A stretch of DNA of 64,000 nt from Naegleria gruberi (Eukaryota). The stretch lies in the NCBI GenBank assembly GCA_000004985.1, contig GG738927.1; one strand, 5' to 3'. The notes beneath the pieces were generated by a model. That model searched no databases, was not told the DNA's origin, and worked only from the letters and a program-made list of their open reading frames with translations. Shown here piece after piece: positions 9,774-20,647 of this stretch (position 1 is its first letter; each line of letters begins with the position of its first letter). The position numbers were made by a program, and so were the translations under genes.

Positions 9774-12700
9774 CTAACTTGACAAATAACGAGCCTCCTT
9801 CCTCTTCCTCCTCTCTTCTTCACTTGTTTCTACACATGTTGTAATACCATTTACTCTATCAGTAATGAAATTTGTATACTTATTTTCTGTATAATATTCT
9901 GAAGTTTTTCTATATTTGTTCAGTCCTTGCAAAGTGCAATCAGGTTCAAATTCTTGCTTCATTTTAGCATTATCATCACTTAGTCCAGTAGAAATTCTTT
10001 GTTTGTCCTTGTTTGGAGTTAAATCAAAGAGTTTTGTTTGCCTTAATCGTTTTTTACCGTTCTTTGATTGAGTTGATGAGGTAGTGCTTTGGGTGTCCTC
10101 TTGATTGTGAATAGATTGTAGAATGGAATCACTATGTGAAATGAAACTCTCTTGATGATTTTCGAGTGGATGAATCTCTGAAGGCAGTTGTGATGGAGAG
10201 GAGGCACCTGCTCCCAATTCTGGTAAATCAGTATCTATTTTATGTTGTACACCATTAACTTCTTCATGCTTGGAATTATTTACGAGATTTAGTAATTTAT
10301 CAGGAATGCAGAATATCAATTTTTCCACATTAATCAACAAGCCAGATAAAGCATCCTTCCTTTCATTTGGTTCTGCTTTGTTAATTTTCCTCTTCCATGA
10401 TGCAAGTTTCTTCTCAAACCTCTCCTTTCCGAAACTTGATAATTGGGCTACTGATTTAAATCCTTCTTCCGAAAGTCCAGAAATTATTTCCTGTAATTTA
10501 GTTATTAAAGCATTCACTTGATCGATGAAAGATGTACTCATCACAGAGTCTTTTAATTGTGATAGGTTTGTAAAAATCTCCTGAATCTTTACTATTACAT
10601 CATCACGATTATATTGGTCACCAATGGCTTGCACAAATTTTGCAATCAAATCGCCATGTTCTCGAAAATTATTATACAAATAACTCAGGACGATTGTATT
10701 TGCTTCCGATCGTATTTGTGGCAAGACTTCATCATCGGTAATCATTTCATCAGTTATGTTTGATTGTTCCATTTTTTTTGTCTTGGTTTGCTGCTTCGAG
10801 AGAATTACCAGGTTGGATGCTGGCTTTGCATCGTTTTCTGTCGAATAGGTCTTGTGCCAATTTACGTGAGAGAGTTGATATTTCTTCATTCTCGTGTCTA
10901 ATGTATTTCAAAAGAAGACCACTATTCTCTTCAGATTCGGTTGCCAGGGTTGCGAATGAATCAGCCAATACAATCAAACAACTCATAATGAGTGGAGCAC
11001 CATCACTGGTAAAGACTTTAAGACAACTGATTACGAGTGGATAAAATTCTGAAGCCAGTGTTTTGGAAACGATCATAATCTTACCAATTGCAGCTACAGC
11101 ATGACTTTTCAATGATTTTGGTGCCTTTCTTGATTGCATACAGTTCCTTAGTAGATTGACATATCTAGAAAGAAATCCCTTGGTTAAGCTTTCAGTAACA
11201 GCCCTTTCTAAAACAAGTCCTTTGGCTTGTTCTCTTTGATTTTCCTTCATGCAGTTTTCCTCCTCACCTTCAAAATCATCCTCCTCTGATATCAGCTTGT
11301 CACTATTCTCGTTGAATTTCCTAGTAGCAATAGACCTAATTTCCAAACTATCCCTATAACAAATCTCTCCAACTAAATCAAAGAATGCACTCATCTTTTC
11401 GAGATCAGTTTCTTGTTTTTCAGTAAAATCCTTCCAAACTGAGCTCTCCACTTTTCCAATTCCATAGTAGGCCAATCTTCTATTACTCTCTGTAGAGTAT
11501 ACCAAGGAAAGGGTCTCACGACCAAATTCTAGTAGTAGGAACGCAATGTTTTCTTCCAAAAAGTTGTCCACAGACTTTTTGAAGGGTTGATTATTGCTTA
11601 TTCTATATACCTCCTCTATAATTCTTATTTTCAATGAGATTAGCTTTCGATTACCTTCAATGTTGGAAATCAAATCTTTAAGGTTTTGAAGAATGTTTTC
11701 AAAAGGAATGAATACCAAAAAACTAGAGTCTAACTTGAGCAACAACAACATGGTGAATATTGCTGTTGTTAAATCTAGCTTCTCCCTACAATACTCAACC
11801 AGAGATCTCAAACTCAAGTTAGGGAAGTAAGTCTTGATTCCACTGAATAAAATCAGCCATGGATCGATTAATTCAGTATTTCTTTTACAGGTTACATTGA
11901 TGAAAAAGCACTATAACTTACGTGATTGATTGCAACAATAAACCGAACTTGAACTTGGATTGAGGATCTACAAAATAGGAAACAAACAGATTGCATATTC
12001 TCTGCTTAACAGATGAGTGTGTATCCTTTCCAATACAGGATACAAGTTCTGACCAGTCAATCTTCAAACCTTGAATGGTCAGTTTGTCAAACAAGTTGAA
12101 CACTGATAGTATGGATTCTTTGCAAAATAGAGGGCCTTCAAGTGATAAAGCTCTCAAAGTGTTGAGCAATTTGGGAATGAATTTGTAGTAGACTTTTTCG
12201 AGAAATTCTACGTGCATTCTCTTACAAGAAATGTCATCATCCAAGTCATTTGATTCATGTTGGAACAGAATACACTCACTTTTTGTGGATGAAAATCTCA
12301 CTTTAACATGCGAACTTTGTTGTAATCTTCTACTAAGGCTTTCGAATGTTTCATCAATGAATGGTACCATATTCTTTGGTTGTTGTTCCAAAAATAACAT
12401 GGTGTTATCATATAAGGATTGACCTAATTTCTCAATCACATTATTCTTGTATAATTGATATAAATCCAACAATTCGACGCTTTTTTCAAAGTTGTCTCTA
12501 CACAATAATAAATCAAAAGCTCTGGTGTAGGGATTTCTTTGTATTAGACCAAATGAAGCATTAATACTCTGTACTCTTGTTGTCTTTGACTTGTCAGAGA
12601 TGTGGTCAAGGCAATTATTCTAATTACCTTAATAATCATATTTGAAATGTAACTTACCAAGAATTTGTTAAACTCAACAGCATAATTATTCCAATCAACC

Positions 12701-14053
12701 TGACCCGAAATATCTGCAATTTTCTGGAATGCTCTTGTTCTAACAAAGGCGTCCTTATCGTTTGTTCTTTGAAGTACAATATTCAAGAAATCCTTATTGA
12801 GTATGTTTGCCTCTATCAAGTTGGAAATTACTTCCAAAAAGTATTTTCTAATTGAACCATTTGAGGAATTGGAAATGAAATCCAGATCAGAAATGTACAT
12901 TACGAATACTTTTGGAATTTTCTTTGAAAGGATTGACAACAGCTCTACAGCCTTTGATACATCTTTGCTCTTCTTATTGGTCAACTCTACCATATTCTGT
13001 ACAAGTTGAATGAAATAATCCAAAAAGACGAAGGAGAATTCTTCGTTATGATTATGTATATCAACAAGTATTGAGCACATATTTTGTGGCTCAATTATTC
13101 CTTCTATGCACAACTTGGAAATAAATGCGCAAAATCTCAGGTGATATTTTCTTAAATCCTCTTCATCATTGATAATCTTGAACGGTAATAGAAGCAACAC
13201 TTGGAACGCACTCCACAAGCTTGTACTAGACTTTTTTCCTCCATTTGAAAATGCCAATAGGAGCTTTGGTAGGGAATAGTGCACCAATTCAATCAAGATT
13301 TCCATTCTCATTTGCTTTCTTTTTGCATTCTCATAAAGAAGTGAAGTATAAGAATCAATAGAACCGAGTATCTTTTCCAAGCTACCTCCCTTCAATTTTC
13401 TGTTTTGTGACAGCTTGAAGAGTGAAGCAACTAGAATTAAGAAATGTCTATTGAATATTCTCATCAATAAAGCTCCATCAGGGTTACGTGATGATGCCTC
13501 ACCCTCATTCAATGAAATAGCCTCACTAATTGAATGACATCCATATTCTACAACCCTCACTATTTGACATAAAGTGTCACTACTCAATGAATCAAAGGCT
13601 AAAACAATACTGTTGAAAATTCTACTATCCAACATCGGGAAAGCTATCATTAAAATTACATGATCACAATACATGAATAATTATTCGAAACATACCATCA
13701 ACAATACTATGAAATTGATTTTTAATTTTCATCGGAAAATCATTCAAAAGACTTAACAAGCCTTCACTTGAAATTGGATTCTCTACAATCAAACTATCCA
13801 CAGACTTGAATAAGGATGAATAATCACCCACTCTTTCATTTTCACTCTCCTTGAACAATCCTTTTGAATTCGAAACAAGGCTTTCAAAATTCCAAACTTT
13901 TGAATTTCTAATCAATTTTGGCATATCCAAATAGCCTTTCTCCTCCTCTTTACTACCATTAGCCAGCACATTCAAATTGATCAACTCACCATTATCAGCC
14001 TTTCTCTTCTTTCTTGGTTGTTTATCACTTGATTGCTGCTTCTTGTTTGCCAT
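9774..14053 (-). CDS. Large multi-exon HEAT/ARM-repeat protein (about 1400-1500 aa). Identity not established (condensin non-SMC-like or other HEAT scaffold)
   Basis: Five same-strand track ORFs are joined by in-frame GT..AG introns that I reconstructed. Intron 13644-13695 is 52 nt (GTATGT..TAG). Intron 12590-12657 is 68 nt (GTAAGT..AAG). Intron 11843-11921 is 79 nt (GTAAGT..CAG). One further intron lies near 10727-10808 (GTAATT donor; acceptor uncertain). ATG at 14053 with an A-run. DKDAFVRTRAFQ-type HEAT motifs are present. Confidence 0.6.
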
Positions 14054-14059
14054 TTTTTT

Positions 14060-14764
14060 TCAATTTGTTTTTGGCGCCTTAGAATGTTGTTGATCTTTGA
14101 TAATTTCCTCAACCTTTCTCATTACAAAATTCAAATAGACTCTATCTAAATCACTACAGAATACCTCTGATTCATGCATGGTTTTCTCTCCATACGAGCC
14201 ATGGAAACTACTGGCTCCCAATTGTCGATCATCTTGTCTATTGAATGAGGCTATTTCCTCACCACCGAATGAAGTACTTGATGGTTGCTGCTTGATGAGG
14301 ACAATAGAAAAATGATGAGCATTCGAAAACATTAATCCAAATTGATTATCAGTGACTAATTGGACAATCTTTGCGAGAAGGTGAAATTCTGCCAACAAGT
14401 CAGCTCTTCCTTCCTTGTTTAAATCAAAAACATGATCATCAGGATGATTGACTTCCTTCTTATCATTTTCCAAACATTCAAACATCATGGTTCTTTCTTC
14501 ATTGACATAGAATGACCACACTGGAAACTTTCCTTCAATGCAGAGTTTGTATTTTGTAGGGAGTTTATTCTCTTCCGAAGAGGGTGATGATGAGGGTGAT
14601 TCACGTTTGTTATTTCCCTTTCCATTCATTAAAAAACCACTCGATATTGAATATTCATAGGAATGAGAAAGAAAGCAGCCACTCACTTGTTCCGATTCGT
14701 ACCAGTTATATGATGAGGATGCCTTTCCACTGAAAGGATTATTCTTATTATTTGAATTGCCCAT
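14060..14764 (-). CDS. Hypothetical protein, N-terminal MGNSNN (possible N-myristoylation)
   Basis: 234-aa ORF. Its stop lies 7 nt upstream of the ATG of the next gene on the same strand. Confidence 0.4.
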   Translation of the reverse strand: MGNSNNKNNPFSGKASSSYNWYESEQVSGCFLSHSYEYSISSGFLMNGKGNNKRESPSSSPSSEENKLPTKYKLCIEGKFPVWSFYVNEERTMMFECLENDKKEVNHPDDHVFDLNKEGRADLLAEFHLLAKIVQLVTDNQFGLMFSNAHHFSIVLIKQQPSSTSFGGEEIASFNRQDDRQLGASSFHGSYGEKTMHESEVFCSDLDRVYLNFVMRKVEEIIKDQQHSKAPKTN

Positions 14765-15618
14765 TTTTTTCTGTTAGTTGTAGATTTTACTAAGTGCAGG
14801 TTCGGAGATTTATCTTTTTTTGGGTTGAAAGATTGAATTGGAAATTCATCACGTTTGGAATATTTAAAGATTGATTCTATGAAATATAAAATGTCTTGCT
14901 TAATAGTGAACGATGGAAGGTGGTAACAATTTGGACATGAATTGTTCTTTTCAATTCTACTGCTTTATTATAATAAGGTTTAGTCAAACAATGTTGCTGA
15001 ATATTTTCCATTCAATCGAAACATGTAATTTCAAACATTATTCTTGATATCGGTCATTGTTATCTCAATCTAAAATGTGCTTCTCTGAGAATGTCAATAT
15101 TGTGCTCAAAGGATCTTTGGGGTCTATTTAAAGTCTTTGCTTATCTCTTCAGAAAATGATGTGTCTTGAGGTTTTTGCAGAGTTGGGGGTATAGCGTGAA
15201 ACAGGTTGCCAAACAAAGTCATGTACTGTTTTACCTCAAGTATTATCCTTAACATTGTTCTTGATAATGGATATTGCATCATCTTCATGATAAACCAAAT
15301 GCAAAGGATAAGATGCAAGTAATGTATAAATAATTCAACTTCAAGAATAAACATTACCAGAGTAACTGGCAATGCGCTAGAGCAACACTATCTACATACA
15401 TTGTTGTACTCAATCATAGCCATAGTTGATTTTCAATTAGCTCATTCAAGTACACAATAGTCGCACAGTGTAGGCAAAATAAAAAAGATTGAAGAGGATC
15501 AACTAGAAAAAAAATAACAAAAACACCCTGCCGCTGCGAGTTGCGTTTGTTTGATAACGTTTGAATCTCTCAAAGGATTATCTTCTCAATAGACAAGTTT
15601 CCATTTAACAACAACAAT

Positions 15619-17076
15619 ATGGCACAACAAGGAAGTGATGGAATTGATTCTTTCTTCTCCTCCGCAAACTTCCTCTCTAACTTCAAGTATACTTCTTCCT
15701 CTCATCAAGATGAACAATTATCGACTAGTAGACAATTTTCTGATAACTATTTATCCTCCTCTACCATCATGATGAATAATAATAACAATATGTGGTTCTC
15801 CTCCAAACCAGCTTCATCATCAAACTTTTTCCTTTCCTCCAATCATCCTTCTTCCTCTGTTAGTACTTCATCAGCAATGAATTCACTGCAACACCACCTC
15901 TCCTCCACCTATCCTATAGCCCCTATTTCGAGATCATTGTCTGATAATTCACTCAAATCAACTCCACTCTATCAATCCAACAATAATAACTTTTCACCCG
16001 AATCATCCAAGAAGAAGAGAAAACGATGCGATGAAGAGTACGAGAATGATGAGATTGAGTACGATCATTCTACTAATAACATCAATAATTCTATTGATTT
16101 GATGAGAGAGGCAATGATTCTTCCAACCATCAATTTCCATGACAATATGATGGAAGAGAGTAATAATAATAATGGAGAGGATCATGATTCGAGTATGTTC
16201 TTTCCACAATCATTCAACATGTTTGGCAATGTGAATAGTGGTCTGATGCAATTTTCCTTGCAGCATCAACAACATAATGCATTTCCATTGTTTGAATCGG
16301 AAGAAGATATGGTTACGAGTGCTTCATCTGCTACTGGTGGTGTAAAGAAGAATAGAATGTCTCCACAATCACACCTGATTGAATTCATTCGGGACAATAT
16401 TATGCAATACTTACTGTTTCATCTCAAGCTTGATATGAGACAGACCATTTCTGGTGATGTGAATAATAGTGAGGATGTCAAGATGAGTGATGATTCAACC
16501 TCCTCCAACACTACTGGAATTGAACAGGATGTTGTCGATATTACCATACCTGTTGGTCTCTTGTTAGACTATATTGTACAACAAGCCCAGAGATTGTATT
16601 TTAATATGTATGAATATATTAGAGAGCTTGCATCCTCCTCAGTCAAACACCAAAGTAAATCAACAGATAATCAAAAAGAGATTGAGCTCTCACTTGCCTG
16701 TAACGAATTCGAAAAGATGGTTATTGAGCAAGTCCATTTTCTCCTCTCCCAAATCCAACTCATGAGATCCACAAATCAATCCAATGATACTCAAATCATT
16801 CCAATGCTCAAAAAGTATGACAAGATTTTGCCAAAGAATTTTCACACATTACGATTGGTTAGCAGCACTAATGATGACAGTAGTATAGGGAGTAATGCTG
16901 ATTCGTTCACTCTAGAGGGCATTGTGGACGAATCATTTCTCTTCAAATCATCCAGCTCCTCTCCCTCCATTCATAGATCATCCTTTGCACAAAACTTTGA
17001 CGACATGAAAACCAATTCCTCCCTTAACGATATTTCCTCACTTCTCCTCAATACCAAGTTTAAATTGTTTTATTAA
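15619..17076 (+). CDS. Hypothetical low-complexity (N/S/Q-rich) protein
   Basis: 485-aa ORF with ATG start; poly-N and poly-S tracts; no catalytic motif recognised. Confidence 0.4.
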   Translation: MAQQGSDGIDSFFSSANFLSNFKYTSSSHQDEQLSTSRQFSDNYLSSSTIMMNNNNNMWFSSKPASSSNFFLSSNHPSSSVSTSSAMNSLQHHLSSTYPIAPISRSLSDNSLKSTPLYQSNNNNFSPESSKKKRKRCDEEYENDEIEYDHSTNNINNSIDLMREAMILPTINFHDNMMEESNNNNGEDHDSSMFFPQSFNMFGNVNSGLMQFSLQHQQHNAFPLFESEEDMVTSASSATGGVKKNRMSPQSHLIEFIRDNIMQYLLFHLKLDMRQTISGDVNNSEDVKMSDDSTSSNTTGIEQDVVDITIPVGLLLDYIVQQAQRLYFNMYEYIRELASSSVKHQSKSTDNQKEIELSLACNEFEKMVIEQVHFLLSQIQLMRSTNQSNDTQIIPMLKKYDKILPKNFHTLRLVSSTNDDSSIGSNADSFTLEGIVDESFLFKSSSSSPSIHRSSFAQNFDDMKTNSSLNDISSLLLNTKFKLFY

Positions 17077-17779
17077 ATGTGAATTTACTATAGTCAATCG
17101 AATATAGGATGTATCGTGAGTAACTATTGCTTGTACTAATAACAAACAAGGTTAGGTATAATATGCAAAGCTTCTTCTACTTGACAAGGGTTCGAATAAA
17201 GCAACAAATGTGGTCGAGTGACTTGGAACGCACTCACACCTCAATTAGCCGTATTATTATTTGCCCAAATGAATGTCAGACAATTTCCTTAACAATCCAT
17301 GTCTTCGTTTTGAGATGAAAACACTCTCAAATTGAGATGGAGCCAATCTCCTTAGTTCTGTGTCTCCCTTAATTTAGATCTTGACATTAATAATGGTTTT
17401 ACATCACCCTTAATTAAGATCTTTACAACGCACCTCAACCTTGTTCTGTGTCTACAACTTATATATTCAGGCATTCGGAGAGTCAACGATTAAGGATTTT
17501 GTATTGCTAGTTGTTTCAATAGCTCTTTATTTAGCCAATGCCACTTTCCTCAAAATCAAATTTATCCATTTCTAGTAAGCTCCATGTTTAGCGGTCTTCC
17601 AAATTAGGCCTTCACTAAAGACATACTCATATGAACCAATTGAGATTGACTGGAGATTACGTCTCTTTAAGTTTTTAAAACGAAAATATCAAAAAAAACA
17701 AGCAAACGCACGCTTTTACAAAGCAAAAGAGAAAAAATCTCATTTCTGCTCTCTTTTCCAAAGCTCTCTTGAAGCACCT

Positions 17780-18415
17780 TTGAGCATGATGAATCCATCA
17801 TCAGTAACAACAACACTACACAGGAGTTTGTCATGGAGTGGTGGTGGTGGCTTGAATAATAGCAACTGCTCTAAATTCTTTAATCATACTATAGCGAGAC
17901 AACGTCAAATTAATCAGAGAAGAAAGATGGTGAATTTTGAATGTGGTTGTTCATCGTCCATGTCATCTGAAGCTTCGTTATCGACAATGACAAACTCATC
18001 AACAACAATGAATAATAGCACACCAAGATATTTCTCATCCAAACATGGGAGAAGAGAAGCAACAAGTGATAGTTACTTGTTGAAATCAAATACAGTTCGA
18101 AACTATTCTCATGAGACTCGACAACATGTGAGTCGACCTCAACGGGTCTTACCTAAAGCTCACAATCCACAATCACTCTTATTACTGATAAGAAGTGTAA
18201 TGGACAGTGAAGAATTCACAACATTATCTGGAGACGAAAGTCCAAAAAAACTCCACAAGCAATTCCAGTCCACTGAATCTCTCAGTTTACCAACTGAATC
18301 CCAAATTGTAATTAATCTTCCAACCTTTACCATTAATTGTATAGGTTTTCTTCGAACCCAAATCCACAAATTTGTAAATTATTTCAATACAATCTTCAAT
18401 AAAACCATGCGGTAA
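17780..18415 (+). CDS. Hypothetical protein
   Basis: 211-aa ORF; Ser/Thr-rich; no domain recognised. Confidence 0.3.
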   Translation: MSMMNPSSVTTTLHRSLSWSGGGGLNNSNCSKFFNHTIARQRQINQRRKMVNFECGCSSSMSSEASLSTMTNSSTTMNNSTPRYFSSKHGRREATSDSYLLKSNTVRNYSHETRQHVSRPQRVLPKAHNPQSLLLLIRSVMDSEEFTTLSGDESPKKLHKQFQSTESLSLPTESQIVINLPTFTINCIGFLRTQIHKFVNYFNTIFNKTMR

Positions 18416-18673
18416 TAGTAACTAATACAAACTTTCTAATATTTCAACAATATAATTTTCCAAGTTAGCTGAGTACAATTTATTTTAATGAGTAACATGA
18501 TATTCACAATGACCTACAAGTTAAAACAATTAACTATTCTTGATAGTGGTAGAAAAGAATGTATCGAATATCTTGAAATCAGCTGCAATCACATAGGTTC
18601 CGAGGGAACCAGACAACTTGAATAATGTTAGAAGCATTAGCATATTATTACAATGAATAAAGTACACGTTGAA

Positions 18674-20560
18674 CTAGTCCGAATCTTCCTCTTCAGTTTT
18701 TGGTTTCTGACTAAAAAAGGAGCCAATTTCACTTTGCTTCTTTTTAACTTTCAGCTTACAATTCACTTTTTCTTCCTTTCCTGTCTCCTTATCAACTATG
18801 AAAATATCATCTTCATCATCTATTTCATTCTCCTGGGGAAGAATTGATTTTTTCACAAGCTTAATATTACTCTGCTTTTTGGTTGGTTTTTTGGATGATG
18901 GCTCTGGAAATTCCTTTCCAGGAATAAATGGAGTCTGGAATAGATTGATGAGTTTCTTCACCTTCTTCTTACCAAAACCTGGCAAGTCATTCAGTTCATC
19001 AGATGTTGTCTGAATGACCTCTTTCAGTGATCCAAAGTGATTGAGCAATGTAATGTGATCTCTCTTGTTGAGTGTGTTTTTCAGAGTGGCAGCAAAGAGT
19101 TGATGCACTTCCTCAGTGTGCGAAAGTTTTTCTACCTCAACTGGTTTGGAGTTGCTATTGGAGCTACTTTCCCTACTCCATCTCCTATTTCCCTTTCGTT
19201 TACCTTGTCCTCCTGTTGATGTAACCAATGAATTGGTTGATGATTGAAGTGAGGCCAATGATTGATTAGGTCCTTGAATCAATGATGAACCCTTAGTCTC
19301 GCATGCTCTAATGGTTTCCAAATACAGTGCACATTCCTCATCTGAAAATCCACAAATCACAGTCCAATCGGCCCACATGGAAATTCTCGTTACTTCTATG
19401 AGTGCCTCATCGAGTGCAGTCTCTGAAACATAGGTTGGTGCCTTAAAGGTTCCACCATTCTCACCCTGAGAGTCCTGATGATTAGATAGATAAATTGATG
19501 AATCTCCACAGGCATCCACATGTACATCCACATTCACTAGAATGATTCGATTAGTAAACGTGCCTCTTTTACAAATTTCAGTCTTGTGAAAATTCTTAAT
19601 TCTCTCTAAAATATATTTCGGTTTGGTCATGTGAAATTTAAGACTGAGATAGAATGCAGTGGTTTGTCTTCCTAGAATATAATCAGTTAAGGTCCAATCT
19701 TTTGTAAAGTGTAATTTGAAAACCTTGTCCCGAATGTGTTTTACAATGGGATTCTTCTTTTGCACTTCATTTGCAACAATGGTTGTGGCAGTGGTGGGAA
19801 AAGGCACATACGAATTAGGTGGTACAGGATTTGATGTTACAGCAACTTGTGGACTAATGCTTTCAATCAATGGAGAAGCAGAAGCACTATTACTACTTCC
19901 AACAGAAGAAGGCGTCGATGGTGTACTACTATTAAATGGAGGAATAAATATTGGAGGAGTACTTTGATTCAAAGATGTCATAGACGACTTGACAGGAGTA
20001 ACAAAAGATGAAGATCCACTACCAACACTCGGAGAAGAATTACTCTTTTGAGAATTTTGAGAATTTTGAGATGTTTGTGAAATCCTTTGTGGAGGAATAA
20101 ACTTTTGTGGCACGAATGGCACGTTACTATTACTCGGAATGCTATTTGGTGGAGAAACCACAGTACCAGGTGTTCTATTGATAATTCTACTCGTGTAATT
20201 TGTTGTTGGTGTGTTGCTACTGCTTGCTACAGACGATGATTGTCTCGTTTGTTGTTGTTGATTGAAATTAATTAAATTATTATTATTATTGGATGATCCC
20301 AAGCCTGGAGCACTATTCGGAAGCCTCAAAGTAGCAGATGACGATGATGGTGATGATGATGATTTAAAATTCCTTTTCAATTCGGCAAGCCTTTGATTGG
20401 CATCTTGTCGATAACTTTCCAATTCTCGTTCTTCCTTTTCCTGTTCCTCATCAATATCAAAATCCATTACATTGACAATCAATCCGCCTCCTCCTCCACT
20501 ACTACCCTTCGAAGATGATGATGAATTGTTATTCCGAGAGGATGAATTGTTTTCTTGCAT
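18674..20560 (-). CDS. ercc1: DNA excision repair protein ERCC1 homologue with a long low-complexity N-terminal extension
   Basis: Central domain (KNPIVKHIRDKVFKLHF...YILGRQTTAFYLSLKFH...ILVNVDVHVD...ALYLETIRACE) aligns to the ERCC1 nuclease-like domain. C-terminal HhH2 (LLNHFGSLKEVIQTTSDELNDLPGFGKKKVKKLINLFQTPF) aligns to [41 protein letters not shown]. ATG after an A-run. Confidence 0.8.
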   Translation of the reverse strand: MQENNSSSRNNNSSSSSKGSSGGGGGLIVNVMDFDIDEEQEKEERELESYRQDANQRLAELKRNFKSSSSPSSSSATLRLPNSAPGLGSSNNNNNLINFNQQQQTRQSSSVASSSNTPTTNYTSRIINRTPGTVVSPPNSIPSNSNVPFVPQKFIPPQRISQTSQNSQNSQKSNSSPSVGSGSSSFVTPVKSSMTSLNQSTPPIFIPPFNSSTPSTPSSVGSSNSASASPLIESISPQVAVTSNPVPPNSYVPFPTTATTIVANEVQKKNPIVKHIRDKVFKLHFTKDWTLTDYILGRQTTAFYLSLKFHMTKPKYILERIKNFHKTEICKRGTFTNRIILVNVDVHVDACGDSSIYLSNHQDSQGENGGTFKAPTYVSETALDEALIEVTRISMWADWTVICGFSDEECALYLETIRACETKGSSLIQGPNQSLASLQSSTNSLVTSTGGQGKRKGNRRWSRESSSNSNSKPVEVEKLSHTEEVHQLFAATLKNTLNKRDHITLLNHFGSLKEVIQTTSDELNDLPGFGKKKVKKLINLFQTPFIPGKEFPEPSSKKPTKKQSNIKLVKKSILPQENEIDDEDDIFIVDKETGKEEKVNCKLKVKKKQSEIGSFFSQKPKTEEEDSD

Positions 20561-20647
20561 TTTTTTTGATTTTGGAAAATTCTAGTGAAAATTCGAACAA
20601 TTTTACTTTTTCACTGTTTGCATTCGTCAAAGTTGAAAGATTGGAGT

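Noticed and set aside
17120-17220. tRNA-like motif GGTTCGAAT at about 17188
   Set aside because: No following CC, and no acceptor stem, D-arm or anticodon arm can be folded around it. Not a tRNA.
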